From: Auanema rhodensis | Taxonomy: Eukaryota > Animalia > Nematoda | NCBI GenBank assembly: GCA_964057225.1 | Contig: OZ059898.1 | Span: 12,462,001-12,526,000 of the forward strand | Direction: 5' to 3' | DNA: 64,000 bases | Shown: piece by piece, positions 37,436 to 52,645 of the stretch | How positions within the stretch are numbered: the stretch's first letter is position 1 | How the letters are laid out: each line of letters opens with the position of its first letter | Position numbers and translations under genes: made by a program | Notes under the pieces: generated by a model | Databases searched by the model: none | Told to the model about the DNA's origin: nothing | What the model saw: only the letters and a program-made list of their open reading frames with translations

Positions 37436-39696
37436 TGCGTGTATATCATCAAATGATGAATAGAAGTTTAAACCAAATAGACTATGATGAACGGTTGATC
37501 TTTAAAAAATGAAACTTTTCACATTTTTACTTTCTATGTTGAACATTTCCACTTTTCTCATTCTGCACCTAATCAATCATCTACATTTATCTCAATCCCA
37601 TTTTCTTTTTCCTGTTGTTCTAGTGTTTGAAATTCTTTATATAAAACTTAGAATTATATGTATTTTTATCTCAGAACATTTGACCTACATATATACATAT
37701 ACATATATATATATATGTACTATGCTATATTATGCTCTAACTATGCGGTATCTGTTGTATAGCACAAAAGAATCATGTCCCAGCTCATAAATCTGTCCAT
37801 AGTTTTTATATAAAAGCAACCTTTCACCGCTGCTATATGTACTGTAGATGTTGAATTACAACTTCACAAAAAGTAGGCAACCTTTTCAGAATACCAAGGA
37901 TGCTGTTCTCTAATTCTATGTGTGACTAATTACCTCAATATTCTTTAACATCGTTTGAGTTTGGAAAAAAAACTGTTAGAGGATTGTAATGAGTAAAAGA
38001 ATATAAATTATTTGTTATAGATTATTACATTTAATTTTATATTTTTATATTACATAGTTAATAGAGCAAAAATCGGTGACCATTTTTCATATATAGTTAT
38101 GCATCTGCTTCAAGTATATACGTGATTCTACTCTTCTTTCTATCTTCTTTTCTCATCCTTTCTATCTCTTGTTCTTACTTTATTTTCCATTTTTTCTTCT
38201 CACTTTTCCACAATTTCACCGTTTGATCTGTTGCCCCCTTGGTGCCTGCTGTAATACACACCCTCAGACCTCTCTTCCTTCATCTTCCTGTTGTTTTTGA
38301 AAAGAGACGAATGAGAGAAAAAGAAATGGAAAGAGAGATGGGAAAGGAGAGTATACCGACATTTCCCAAGCTGCCAGAGAACGACCCTGTCTCTGCTCAA
38401 TTCCATTGGCATCCTAATTCCTAACTCTTTCTGCAACAAGTTGAGCAGTCGTTCTCAAGTTCTTTTCACCTTCTCATCATTCATATCAGTCAGATCACTC
38501 ATTTAACTCATTTCTTTATATTTCGCAATGTCTTTCCACGTAGTACAAGACAAAGCTGATGTGCTGCTCATATGATCTTTACTTCGTTGTCACATCGTTC
38601 GAACAAACTCTCATTAATCCTCGTTAACCGAACCTTGTTCCATGTACTCGCATTACATGCTTTATCCATACTTTCTTAGACTTAATCAGGTGAAGCTTCT
38701 CTAATTATTTGTGTTCCATCATGCACAAACTAACATCATTTCATAAGCATAAACACATACTTAGTATAGCTTTGCTTTCGAAATACAACAACCTCACAAA
38801 TATATGCAGAAGTCTTAAAAAAATTTTGACCAAAATAAGAAAAGTGAAGAACGTATTTCTTTTATCCTTTTTCCCTTTATTCATTTTCTCACCCACTATT
38901 TCCTCTTCACTTCTTACCCTCCTCTCTCTCTTACCCTCCTTTTTCATTTCTCTTCTACCTATTCTCTCTATCTTCATTTCTCTCTTACTTGTTTTAGTTA
39001 TTTTTCTGAATTTTAAATGATCAGCTTTACTAATGGCAGAGACACTTCTTATCTTCGTGTGGTCGATGCGTTCCGAACACTGCGAATTTTTTTTTCAACT
39101 TTTTTGCCGTTTGGACGATTGACATGGCCATTGCAACCAATCTGTTTAATCGTTTCCACTTTACTTTTAGTCATTTCAACAGTCATATCTAAACTTTATT
39201 TGAAAGAAAAAAGAAAAGTTTTTTTCTTGATCATAGATTCTTTATTTCTCCCGAATTATGACAGCAAATTAGCTTCAACTGTGAAACTACTGTTGTTATA
39301 TAAACAAAAGGAATGAATTACTTATAAAAAAACTTTTGAGACAATCATTCCATTAGTCAGTTCTTCATCATGTACCTTAGTAATCATTGTACATTGGAGG
39401 TTGAAACATCATTTTCCCATCAAATAACTAAAAAGAAAAAATTATTTTTCGTTGAAAAATAAATGAAAAAGTGCTTAAGATTAGAAGAACAAACTGAACT
39501 TAAGTTCATTGATCAATTCATTTTAATTCAAACAACTATTTGATTTTAAATTTTTGTTATTATGAGCATTCACTTATATTTTAGATAATTATTATTTTAA
39601 TTTATGAATAAATTTAAAATTAAACATTAATTATATGTACAGATCTTCTATACTATTTTAAAAGTTTTCTTTTTGAAAAATACCCTTTATATTCAA

Positions 39697-39722
<26 letters not shown>
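39697..39722. repeat. (TC)n microsatellite
   Basis: Perfect dinucleotide run. Confidence 0.9.
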
Positions 39723-39728
<6 letters not shown>

Positions 39729-42700
39729 TTGTGACCACTTTTAGTTTACAATAGAGTATATAGATCATTTTAACTAACATGAGACATCTGGACTCATAAT
39801 AAGCATATATTTGACTTTTTTTTGGTGGATAATCCAGCGTTAATGTTATAGTTTATTTACAAAATATTTAACCCTTTTTCTCTCTTTGAAGTTTTTAATC
39901 ATTATTTTCAAAAATAATGTTTTTATGAGTGAATAGTTTGCAACGTTCTCAAGGGAATCTGTAAATCACAGAAGCAATTGGCATATTTTCGTGTTTAAAG
40001 AGAAGTTGTCTCGTAAAAATGGTCATTGAGTAGACTATCAACATCATAGTTCTACTTTTTCATAAATTCTACTATTTGCAAGAAAAAAAAAAGAAAGAAA
40101 TAAGAAAGTTGTTTTATCTTTTTTAACCTTTTTCACTTAAAAATATTCACGTGTATAAACTCTAACTGACTATACGTATAGTATAGTACTCTTAGTATTC
40201 TAATTGTTTACGTGAACTTTGACGTAAATTTATTTATTATTTAACATACACACAATCGGTTGTCTTTATATTTTTTAAATCCTTAAACAACAGATTTTTT
40301 GTTTCTAAAAAAAAAATAAAAAATATATGTATATGAATATAAATATAATTTATATTTAATGGATAGATAGATCCCTCATGAACAACATTTGTGTTATCAT
40401 CTTCAAATATTATTTTTGTTGAGATAAAATAAATGGAAATAACCTTCATCAATCTAAAACTTAACTCAGACCAAAGATTTGCAAGCAGTAAACTCAGAAT
40501 GTTTTTTTTTCAAAAGAAAAAGACAATTTTTATCATTTGTATTTTGGAACAAAAGAATATTTTCTCGTTAGCTTAAACACATAATAAATTTTAGAAAAAT
40601 TTCTTTAAAAAGGATGGTAAAGTGAAGCAACAACAGACTTTTTTTGTTTCATGTTGCTGTTTTCGTATAATCTATTGTAAGATGCTTTGGTCAATTATTT
40701 CCACCTCACTAGCCATTTTCTGTTGCTGATTCGTCTATCCTTATTTGGCTGATTTATCTCTCCTGGATAGAAGCTTTAAGATGAAGCTTGTTAACAGAGC
40801 TAGTTGCTCAGCCGTATATATCTTTTGCTTCGTTTTCTACGTCTCACAGAATTACACAAGAATCTATAGTTTAAGCTTTTAAAGCAATGGAGTTTCCGTA
40901 TTCTGTTGTTGCATCTCGCACACGAAATTTTTGTCATTTTACTTTTGCTTCCATAGCATTCTTGCGTGTTGTGTAGTATATCATATTTGTTTCTTTAACT
41001 TATATGTTATAAGATTATATATAATTATATAGCAATGTTTATGATGATGAAGATAATGATGATGATGATGATGGTAACACGCAGGATTTGAATTCTAATT
41101 TATAACTGCCATTTGTCTGACAGGCTTTCATCAAATCCTTCATAAAATTATCGTCAGGTGTTGAACTATTTGCTCTATTTCATACTTCATTTACATATAT
41201 CAATCGATATTTTAAATATGTTTAGCATCCACTAATGAATGTTGATGATGATGAGCATGGTGACGACGTCTGATGCCTTCATATCAAGCCTCTATCCTCT
41301 ATCTCTCTATCTAGTATATGTTCTCTGTCTTCATTTCTCTCTTTGTTTCTCTTTTTTCATTCGTTCTCACTCTCTTGGAGTTTTTGGACGTGCTGTAATC
41401 TTTGCCGCATCGTAGTTGGATGAATTCTGTGTGACATCAAATAGGCTTCATCATCAACAGATACAAACACATCGCCTACAAATCATTTTCGAAGAACAAG
41501 ATGGGAAAGATAGAAGAGCTAAAAAGATATCTCTATTTCGTTAAGCTCATGAATTTCCATTGTTCGGCCGCAAGTTCGCTTCCACTATGCCGGGTGGTTA
41601 GATGGCTGGGGCAAGCCGCAACTAACGCCTCAAGCACGAGCACAATCCCAAACGCGCGTCATTTGTTATTTCACTTCGCCAACGTTTTCAATCAAAAGAA
41701 TTATTTTTTCGTTCATCTATACGTTTCAATAGGATTAACGAGGAAACTCATCACCTGTTAGAGAGGATTCGAAGTGTTATGCATACCTCATCCACATCTT
41801 CACCATTCACCCTAAACCCAAGCTTACATAGTACACTTGAGAAGCATTCCTTATCCTTCCTTCCTCGAGCCCCCTCTTCTTTATATATTATTTATATTTA
41901 AAAAATAAAATTGTTGATACTCACAAAGTATATATGTCACCTCGTAAAAGCTGTTCAACTTTGAACTATCAATTCAGATGAATTGCTCACAGATGACTAA
42001 ACTCAGCAGACTTTTTGGAAACAACCTACTTCTGCGGACTGATGACTGACGGCAGTAGCAGATGTTGAAAAGTATTTCCTTTATATCTTCTTTTCACATT
42101 TCATATATTTAAATACAATATATGAATAGTAAGCTTATGATGTAAGCTTTTCTCTTTTGCTTTTCCCCCAAAAAACAATTGTTCCCATTACATGCTCTAG
42201 AGTATTTCAACGTCTTTTTCCATCAATTACATAGTTGTTGACCTCATCTGATTTTTGATTTCGACCTTTTTCAGCCATAAAAACGTAAAAGTTTCAAGTT
42301 GTTTTTGTTGGAAGAATATGAATCGATAATTAGATGAAAAGTGCTCTCAAGTTACAGAATTAATTATGATTTCGCCACTTCTTCTTATCGTCACTACGTC
42401 ATCAACCTCACTACATTTCGCTATTTCACGGCTGTACATGTATCATGATACCTCATCTTTTGATTTCTCGGATTTTTTCTACATCTTCTTCATATCTTCA
42501 AATTTTCAAGACATCACGACTTAGTTTGCAACTGAAGCAGCTTGTTCACTCAACATGGCTAATGGACTGTTTCTGTGTTTTCCTTTCTCTCTCTCCCTCT
42601 TCCTCTCACTTTCTTTCTCATTTCTCTTTAAAAACTTCTAATGAATCTGACCACATTATACAAAATAATTTAATATGTCGAATAAAGCAGCCAAGTTATT

Positions 42701-45700
42701 CACTATATCTGCTTAACATCTGCCAACCGTCTTCGAAGATCTGCCACAATCCATTCGACCTGACATCTATTGTTCATCCTAATTGTTCTGACCTTCAGTA
42801 AAGTCGAAGCCTCCTGATGTGTCAGCTATTTTGGTCGGCATCATCTCAAACATGACTCCACTTCGCCCATTACTTTGTTTCTAAAAATTAATTTTCTTGT
42901 ATTGTCGGAGTTTTTATTTACATTTAAGCTTATTACTACATTCCACTTCACATCGTATCCTGCTGCGATCAAGCCTATCCTCCAATCTACTAAACCAATT
43001 ATCATCGAACGTTTCAAGATGTACTTGATCATCAAGACAAATCCAAGATTTAACCGCCACAAATTGACCTTTGAGACTCTCAATTAGATGAAATCCTATG
43101 ATGCTATGCGGCATTCTAACTTAAGGTTCTTGTCGTATTGTGATCATCATCCAGCTTTATTCAAGCTTCCTCCTCTCTCTTATGTCACGTTTTTCCCTTT
43201 TTTTTTCCTTATCTCTCTGTTTCTACACGTGTTTATGTATTTAGTCTCCATATGCAGCAGTTAACAAGTGTGGAGAAAACTTATTTATTGATAATCAAAA
43301 CCTGAAAAAATCATGATTATCATCTTATTTATTCACATATAATATGCTTTTTTGATTTTATTTGTTTTGAAAAAATTGAAAGAAATATTATCATTCCAGC
43401 TCAAACAACAACACCCAGCATTTACTTTTATTTTCACTCTTTTTGCCTCTAGCACTTTGAAAATTATTTTTTCTTCCCTGTTCAAATTTGAGTAAAAATA
43501 CATTTCTCTCTGAATAATTTAGCACATTTCCAATAAAAGTTCAACTTAGATATCAATTTTAATCTCTAAATTTCTGACATATTCAATCAACACACATATG
43601 TTCTTATATCTGCTTCTGCTCTATTTCAATAGCAATTTGCCATATATATTTTATTTGCTCATATGATGCTTATCATAACTATATGTTATAATCCGTTTTA
43701 TAATTAGCTATTTAACATATATTTTCATTATGTATACTTAACTATATTAAGTACTATATCCTTATAAGTTTAACATTTCCAAATTAACAGATAGCAAAAA
43801 CATGTGTTGCCCTCATCCCCTACATATGAGGTCCCTAATCCCACCTCCTTTTACTCACAGGCTCCACCTCTTCTTCTCCTCTTCCTCTGCATCCTCTAAA
43901 TTTCTTCATCAATACCTACCCTTCCAGTAGTCGTTTTCTGTAAACCTCCAACAATATATTCTTATTCAATTCACGTTTTTTTCCTTTTTTTTTCCTTCTC
44001 TCCCATCAAAAAATTTCTTTATTTTATCTGCATGAGATTGTAACCTGCAATTATACCAACAACGCATTTTCTTACATCTTCATGCCAAATACGATTATTC
44101 TTTGTGTGGTCATGTCTGAAAAGCAGAAATCTTCTTTGTTACTTTTGAAATTCCCTTCGTTTGTTTCTGCGAAAAAAAAACTGCGAAACAATGATATTTC
44201 ATTCACAAACTGTTACTGTGTTTCAGTTTAAGTCTGTTACTCATTCTTACTCATACGTATACCCTTGATCATCTTCTTCAAATACTCATCCTTTTCTTCT
44301 TCTTCACCTTTTTCATTTACAGTTACATGAAGATTTTCTTCAAACTTCGCGCCAATGTCATTCATTACACCCAGAAAAAAAATTCTTTTTGGCCATTCAT
44401 GAAATAGTTAATCGTCCTGTGAGCTCAAACATACATACATATACGTACGTATGCCGAAGATTGCTCATCTGCTCAGCCCATTTTCCAGCTGATTACCCTA
44501 CCTATATGTGCAGGTGTTTGTCCCTATCTGCACCATATTTTGGTTTTGCTCTCTTGTTCCCTGTTCCTCATATGATCTAACCCTTTCATTTGCTCTCTCT
44601 CGAGCTCACCATTGGCTATTCTAAACATCAATGTCTTTATCTATTCTTATTCACCTGAATACATGAGCTCCTGCTGCCCTTCGACGCAACTATCTCCGCG
44701 TCCTGAGCCTAATCCTTCTCTCATATTCCTGAATATCAGCTCTTTACTATATATGTGCCTAACTATGTGTACCATCAGTGACGCAACATTAAAGGTGCTT
44801 GAAAGTGTCTAACATAGAGGCCGTCAATCAAATGCCAATTTTTGGATCCAACCATTCCGCTCTCTCATCTTTCTGTTTGCTTGTTTGTTTGTTGATATTA
44901 GCTCCAATATGTTCATCATCGGCTAAATAGGTTGAGTAACATAGCTAAGATGGCAAAATGTACACAGCAGGTTCTCTCTTTCTCATGTCCTTATACTTGA
45001 GGAAAGCAAAAAAAAAATATTTGCAAAGATGATGCTGCTCTAATTAGATTATTAGGATCATTGCGTTCACGTGAACATTTCACGTAAAATGATCTATTTT
45101 GCCATTTATCATTTTACTTCGAGTAAGTCGTTGATGAACGGTTGTATTGCAACATTTCAAAACTTCATCATCATCGTCTTTCTTTTCGTTCTTTCTAATT
45201 TCATATAATTCGCAATTCAATGTTATCTTTCTTTCTTTAAAGACCAAATTACTATATAATCATTTGCTAAACGTTTTAAATTTTCTTTTTGATATTTTCT
45301 GTTAATATCTTACGATGCTCATCAGAGTTTCTATCAAATGCTCTACCCCCACCGGGTGGTCATCCGTCATGTCTGTTCTTCACTTGTCATGTTCATTCTC
45401 TCGTTTTCTTTAGCTCTATCAAATCATTCTCCATTAAATTTCTTTTCATCATTCATCTATTTTTCCCAACCAAAAATTTTATCTTAAACACATATGCTTT
45501 ATACTCTTTTGCTCTGCTTCTCCTTTGCCCCACTCCCTCCCTTTCTCCCTTCCTCTCTGTATATTAGATTTTCCCGCCTCACATGTTCTTTCAACGATGT
45601 ATTTCATGTGCAATTCAGATAGCTAAACTCATACCACATATATGAATATATTATTATAAAAATAAATACAACACTTATTTGAAATAAATACACATTTCAT

Positions 45701-47664
45701 TAACTATATCATATAATTAGTTTAATTATTTCATTAACTATCTGTATTACATATAATAAGTACATTTCTTATTACTTCTAGTAATATCTGATTTAAGTCT
45801 CTTTGATTAGTTGTCTATTGTCCAAGCACATAATGTATTCTAAGCTTTGTTTCAACATCAACATGCTGAATTCCATCCAATTTCCATGAAATTCATCTTC
45901 ATCTCATCCTCATCACCATATTTACTGTTGTATTCTGTGCTCCATCCGACATACTTAACTATACAATAGCTGCATTTCCTTATGGATTTTCAGTAAATGC
46001 ATCAACTACCATTAGCAAAATGTAAGGTCAATCACGTGTTGTGATGCCTTCCTGCTTAGAGCAATCTATCACCTCATCAAGCAACAACAAGGGGTGACAA
46101 CAACACATATTTCCTCATAACTATAACAGATAATAAACTATTGATTTATGCTAAGCAATACATAATTCATGTTAAATCACCAATTTTATGGTTTATTAGA
46201 CATATTCCTTCCCAAAACCTAATGTTTGAAAATCATTATGTATGCTAATTAAACAGCTACTAGGTCATACGCTATCTTATCAATCAGTATTCTACTCAGC
46301 CTATTTTTGCCTCATTTGCTTCGTTTTCATTCATCTGCCAGCCTGATTTCTTCCTAATTTGCAGACATTTTTCTTTTTCCTTTATGTTTTTTTTTATTGT
46401 GAAGAAAAAACAAAACAAAAAAACGAATATTAAGATCAATAAAGACAAAATTTATATATTTTAGTTCATCAATAACTATTGATTTCATATAATATATCCT
46501 TAAATATACATTTCATCCTTGTACATCTTAGTTTTGTTTTCTAATCCATTAGATATTTCTCGTTTCGCTCTTCTGCTCATCTTTCCTAAACATCCAACAA
46601 GCTTTTCCTAATCCTTTTACAAACTCTTTGAAAACTTGATCAAACTAGCAGATGTACCGAAAATTAATTTTATTATTATTTATATTATTATATTTATTCT
46701 AATTATATGTAATGTCTTGATTAAGAGAATCATCTTATTACTTCGCAACTTTTTATCCATTTAAGCAATACAAAACACCTATTGTCTAACTTCCGGTCGT
46801 GACCTATCTCTTCCTTCGCCAGCTGCTCACAGCCCACATCAGTCTGTCCATTTTCAATGTAGTTTGCACCAGTACCATTCATTAGGACATATATCCAACT
46901 GCCTTTTCTGCTGTATCTTGAACCTCCTTGTTCCGGCAATAATCAATGTTGAATGAAGAAAATGTATCAAAATCTCTTATTTCCTCTTGAAATCCAATCA
47001 ATCTTTTCACCAAAAATATGCTGTTTTCTGTATTGAAATAGGGTTTTTTTCTGCAACAAAACTGAGAATGCAACAAATCACGTTATCTCATTTGTCCTCA
47101 AGATATGTTTCTGTTGTTATTTCTCATTTTCCCTCTATCTATCACTTTTTTTTATCTCTCTCTCTCTCTCTTTCTTTCTCTTCCAAGCCCACGCCGTACA
47201 GTTTTTTCCTGATGAGCTTCTTACATCAAATTCTATGTGCATACATGTTCTATCCATTAAGATCTCAATATTTATCTTTTTTTCCTTCATATTAATCGTA
47301 TCTTGTAGAACATCAGCTGTTTCATCTGGTCATTGTTTGTTACGACATAGTTTCTCCTTTATTTTATTTTTTTAAAATAATAATTCTTGCATTATTTTAA
47401 CATTAAAATGAATTTCCATTCAATTGTTACTCCTCCTCCTCCTTCTTTTTTTTGAATTTTCACATTCATCTTTGAATTTGAGGTCAAATGTTATCTCTTT
47501 ACTTTCTATTGTTCTTATCGTTTTTGTCGTTTTTTCGTCTTCACCTTTGCAATATTATTGTATTTCATTCAAATATATTTTATTAATTTTCTGAATTATT
47601 TCAGAAGAAGGAGTTGTTAAAGTCCTTTTTTCAAATTTTTGATTAGCGAACGATCCTGTGTAGG

Positions 47665-49634
47665 ATGGGCGGAAGTTCTTCCATGTATCAGCAGCACCCA
47701 CAAGAGTTAGCAATGATGGCTGATCATAATTCTCTCGTTGATATCCGTTCAATTGTCAATGGAATTCCAAAGATGATGCAGGTATAGACCATCTATAAAG
47801 CTATATGTTTAACTTTATTTTGTTTTGAACAATAGGTCGCAGATGATATGCATAGAATGACTGATTATATCATGGATTTAAGGAATATGACATTAGGTCT
47901 AGTTGCTATATCTTTGATTGGAGTTATTGGTTAGTAATGTTTTTTTTTATCATTTTCTTCATTCATTTTTCAAATTTAAAAGAAAAAAAGTTTTAAAATA
48001 ATATGATTTAGGTTTCCTTATTCTTCGTGCAGTTAATGGTCGCAGTGGAAGAAGCCGTAGAAAGAGATCTATTATGAGACAGGTTAGTTAACTATTTTAT
48101 ATTTAAAATATTAATATTTTGAATATATTTATTATAAATAATAATTTATATATTCTTAAACAATATGAAATGTGTAAAGAGTTTATCATATATATAGTTA
48201 TATCTTTTCACATAGTTTGAACATCATGAGAGTGTTAAGAAAAGAAGAAACAAACTATAAAGATTATCTTGATTGAAATATAGTTGTATTGGAATGTAGT
48301 TTCGATAGTTTATAAACGTGAGAGATATAGTGTGTAGTAGTATATGTTTAGTAAATAAGATACAACCGTTCATCTAAATTCAATCATGCTAAATGAGTCT
48401 AGAAGGTTCACGTGAATTTTACGTGAAATTTGATTTATTTATTGATTTTCTGAATTTAATTTCAAAGAATTTCCAATTTCAACGAAGTTCTTAAGATTCG
48501 GAAGTGAAGAAAAAAAAAGTTTTATATGTATGGACTTGAATCGGCTCAAGATCAAAGGCAATGGTGCCATACGGAATGCTTAGGTAGCTTTAGATGTTGC
48601 CGATGTACATATGATTGTCTGCATAGTTTGCATAGTTAATCAGGAAATTATTGAGTATTAGTAAGAGAAGTTATGTATGCTATAGCTATTAGTAATAACT
48701 ATACGTTGTTTGTCAACTATATGATGATGATGGATGCACGATACACTAAGGAACAAGCATATATATATAGTTTGTAATAGCTTTCCTATGTATTGTAATG
48801 AGAATGAGAACGAAGAAGGATAGGGGAGAGAAAAGCTCATGATGAGAATGAGCTCATAGGCAAAAACATTATCTTTCAAACTTTTAAATAGCAAATCTTT
48901 GATAAATCCTCTGATAATAGGTCGTTTTTCAGGTTGAAGAAGGATATCCACCTATGCCACGATACTATTATCAGTCACAATATGCTCCTGAGCCATGGGA
49001 TAGACCAAAATCAACGTTCAGCCATCACAGGTAGTTTTGAGATTTCAGATGAATACGTGTCTAATTCAAATTTTTGTTTCAGTCAATTAGAAGAGAAAAA
49101 ACCAGTCGATAGCAGAAGTAGCCCAGAAAACAATAAGATCAATGGAGCACTTCCATACAAGGTATGTTCACAAACGTTTTGATCTTTTGCTGCTCCATTG
49201 AAATGAAACAGATTGCATGAACAGGACAAGCTTTGCCAACATTCCGCTTCAATCATTTGAACTATTGAATCTCCTTTGTACTACCTTTGTTCAACTGCAT
49301 GCATCTTTTGGCTTTTTTCATTCAGATTTCATTTGTCAGGACAATTTCCAGATGTCTAATACTGTTTGAAATTCATGAAAATTTCTCCTCTTCTTTTTCA
49401 TCCTGCATCCAAAACTTCCTTTATTCTAATGATGTTCACATTTCCTTCCTATTGGCTTTTAATCCAATTAACCTTAACGTTTTTTAGTCTTTCACTAATG
49501 AGGAAGCCGTCAGTCCAGACTTGGATAAGAAAATGATGACCACATCTCTACCTACTGATGCTAACTCCGGAAGTAACGGTGGCGGATTTCGACACTCAAC
49601 ATCCACCTCCACACCGCAGCCACAAAAAGTCTGA
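47665..49634 (+). CDS. Single-pass membrane protein, ~201 aa, unknown function
   Basis: Six exons (47665-47781, 47836-47929, 48012-48082, 48933-49030, 49083-49161, 49488-49634) in frame. Starts MGGSSS; TM segment LGLVAISLIGVIGFLIL followed by basic RSRRKR; ends PQKV*. AATAAA at 49827. Confidence 0.85.
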
Positions 49635-51151
49635 AAGTTTGCCTTTCCAACCTAAGCTTTAAGTCTTTTTTCTTTCATTTTTTTGTCGCTAATTTTCGTA
49701 TAGCTTACACACAGTTTTAAAACTATGTTACACCTACCTATCTATATACACGCAAACACAGATACAAGACGAGTCTCGACGTTCTTTTTTTTCCCAAATA
49801 CACGGTCATGAATTGAATCTGCCATTAATAAAAAATTTTATTTGAACCAAAATAGGCATTTTAAAATATTTTCAACGAGTTTTTTCCATGGGAGGGAAGA
49901 AGAATATTCTTATTTTAAAGCAACCAACTTGGAAACATGAAAAGATTTATAGAAAAACGATAAACTAGTTTTCATGTAATTTGTGTGTTCCGATCTTCTC
50001 ATGTCCTTCCTTGCACATTCTTTTTGTGCATAGTAGCGTAGCGTAGATTTGAGTTTTTCATCTTTTCAGTCTCGTCTTCCACCTGAACCAGTCAAGCTTT
50101 TGGTAGAGGATTTGCCGTATGCGGATTGCTAAATAACTAGCCAGTCGTTTGATGATATTGTAGGAGAAACGAACAATCTTTCTCTATCTTATACACATAT
50201 CATCATATTTTCTGTTCTTTCATTTTGTCCAAACACAATATCTTTAGAAGGCATGTCATTTGTAGTACCTCTGCCTCATATCAATCGCTGACGACAATGA
50301 CTTTGACGACAACACTTTTTTTTTCTTAAAAAAAAAAAATGTTTTTTTCTTGCTTCTTGTTGTCTGGCTACTACTGACTGTCTGTATGTATGTATGTCTG
50401 AATTGATATTACATAGTGTGCTTTTACTCAATCAGCCATTACAAGCTTCATTGTCTATCTGTCTGTCTGATATTTCGTTTGGCTTGCTGCTACGTCCAAT
50501 GCATCCGCTTCGACTAACCTCAACAACTATCCAACCAAAACGCTTGTGTGCAGATATGTCTCCTGTTAATACTAATGGAGTACTGCATGCATGATGAAAT
50601 TTCTATGATTTTTGGAAATGAAATCGAAAATTCAAATTATCTGGTAAAAACAAAACTTTCTTGGTTTAAAGAAAAAATAACTAACTGCCTCGAATAGTAT
50701 GAGACTCAAGGCTGTTGTATTCATGCTTTTTCTGTGTTGCCCACGTTTATATTTTCGTTTTTCTCAAGTTGTTGCTTTATAACACTATCCCAGCTGTTAA
50801 CAAAACCAAAAATATCAGGGTTATTTTCTACATAATTAACTGTTTTCTCATGCTTTATAGTCAACGTCTTTATCGTCGTCGACCAAGTCACCACCACCAC
50901 CAACTTGAAGCCGTTGAATTGTTTTATCAGAGAATTTTCTTAGAAAATTACAAAAAAACAGCAAATCTTATATAATTCTTGCGATTTTACGGGGAAAGTT
51001 TCGAATTTTTGTAGTAATTTTCTTCGGATATATCTTTAGAATCATGATTGTTATACTGTTGTATTTTCTTTGATATTTCTCATTTCACCACAACGTTTTT
51101 GTAATTCTTAATAATTCTTTTCTCTCTTTCTCCATCTCTCTCTCACAATCA

Positions 51152-51208
<57 letters not shown>
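51152..51208. repeat. (TC)n microsatellite (one interruption)
   Basis: Dinucleotide run. Confidence 0.9.
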
Positions 51209-51211
<3 letters not shown>

Positions 51212-52645
51212 CTTGAAGCATGTGCCTCAGTACCAAATTTTGTGCTCAAATTGTCTATGATGCCATTGCATGTGTGCTATTTTTGACCTTTTTGTTTTAT
51301 TTCTTTGATTTGTAACTCATATTCTCTGTTAGTGAGAAGATGAAAAATGGTTGTCATTGGCAGAGATGGCAACTATACATACGACAACAACATTGTAAAT
51401 TTCTGAATTTTACCTTTTCTTTAAACAGATTATTGTAAATAATTATAATTTTTATTATATACGAATAAAATGTAAATTTAATTTTTATAGAATTATTATT
51501 ATTATAATTATGAATAATTATAAGTTAAATAACATGTGTATGTGTTTTGTATTGCGAGATCACATTAGGTAGAAGAAGCAGTAATGGTAGTTTTGTATCA
51601 GCTGGACAACAAAGATCCTCAACATTTTGTAAAAAGAATGGCCGGGATGTGAATGAAAATATTGTAAAGCATATATATAATATAAAATTATAATATATAT
51701 GTCTAACTGTACAATGTAAAAATAAAAAAAAACAAAGAAAATGTTACATATGAAGTTTGATAAAGAGTTTTCTGTTATCAGGAATACGTTTTGAGCTGAA
51801 TTATCATAATAAAAGATGAATCCACTGACTGATTTCTAATATGAAATCAAGTTAATGAGAAGAGAGAGAGAGAACAGAAGATCAGCTAGTTCAATCTACG
51901 AGAAGGTGGTGATATAGCTATGATTCGTAAATTGAGGAAAAAAATAGCTCAGAAAACAAATATGTACAAAAAGAACAGAGATAGAAAATGAAAAGAAAAC
52001 TATAGAGATAGAGGGAGGGAGAAAGAGAGAGAGAATTTGTATGTTATAGCCTGAGGGAGAGGAAGAGAAGTGTATAGTAACTAAATGGAAAATCTACACA
52101 CATATGTAGGTATTCATTAAAAGAATCAAAAACGATTCTCTAATTGACGATTTTCGTTTGTTATTTAGAACAACAGAGGTACTATTTCAAATACTAAAAA
52201 TCACAGAAAGCCTAATGGCCTTATACATATATAATATATATTTGTATTTGAAAAATTTTCAAATTTCGGAGATCAAAAAGAGAAAAAAGGGCGAAATGTC
52301 GTTGATATTTTCGTTGACGGGAAAGATACATTGTGAATTAAGATTTGAGTAAAACAAAACAAAACAATGAATATTATCAGATACATATAGTGAGGATTTG
52401 AAGTGAAGAAGAGAATCTAAAGAACATTCGATTTTCTGCTTAAGAGCTATATAAGATTTTCCAACTTTTTCTATCTCATATGTATTATAAATTATGATAA
52501 TGTTAGGGTCTTCTCGTTCATTCTTGTTATTATAACAAAACAACTATAAGGTTGTAGGAAGGGTGGGAAGTGTAGAAGATATGATTAAAGCTTTAACTAT
52601 ATGTATAGTTATTGTAATGCTTTGATTGACTTTGAAAGCTATTGG

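Noticed and set aside
41560-41665. tRNA or SRP-like RNA in a GC-rich island
   Set aside because: No T-loop/B-box or cloverleaf on either strand and no recognisable SRP motif.
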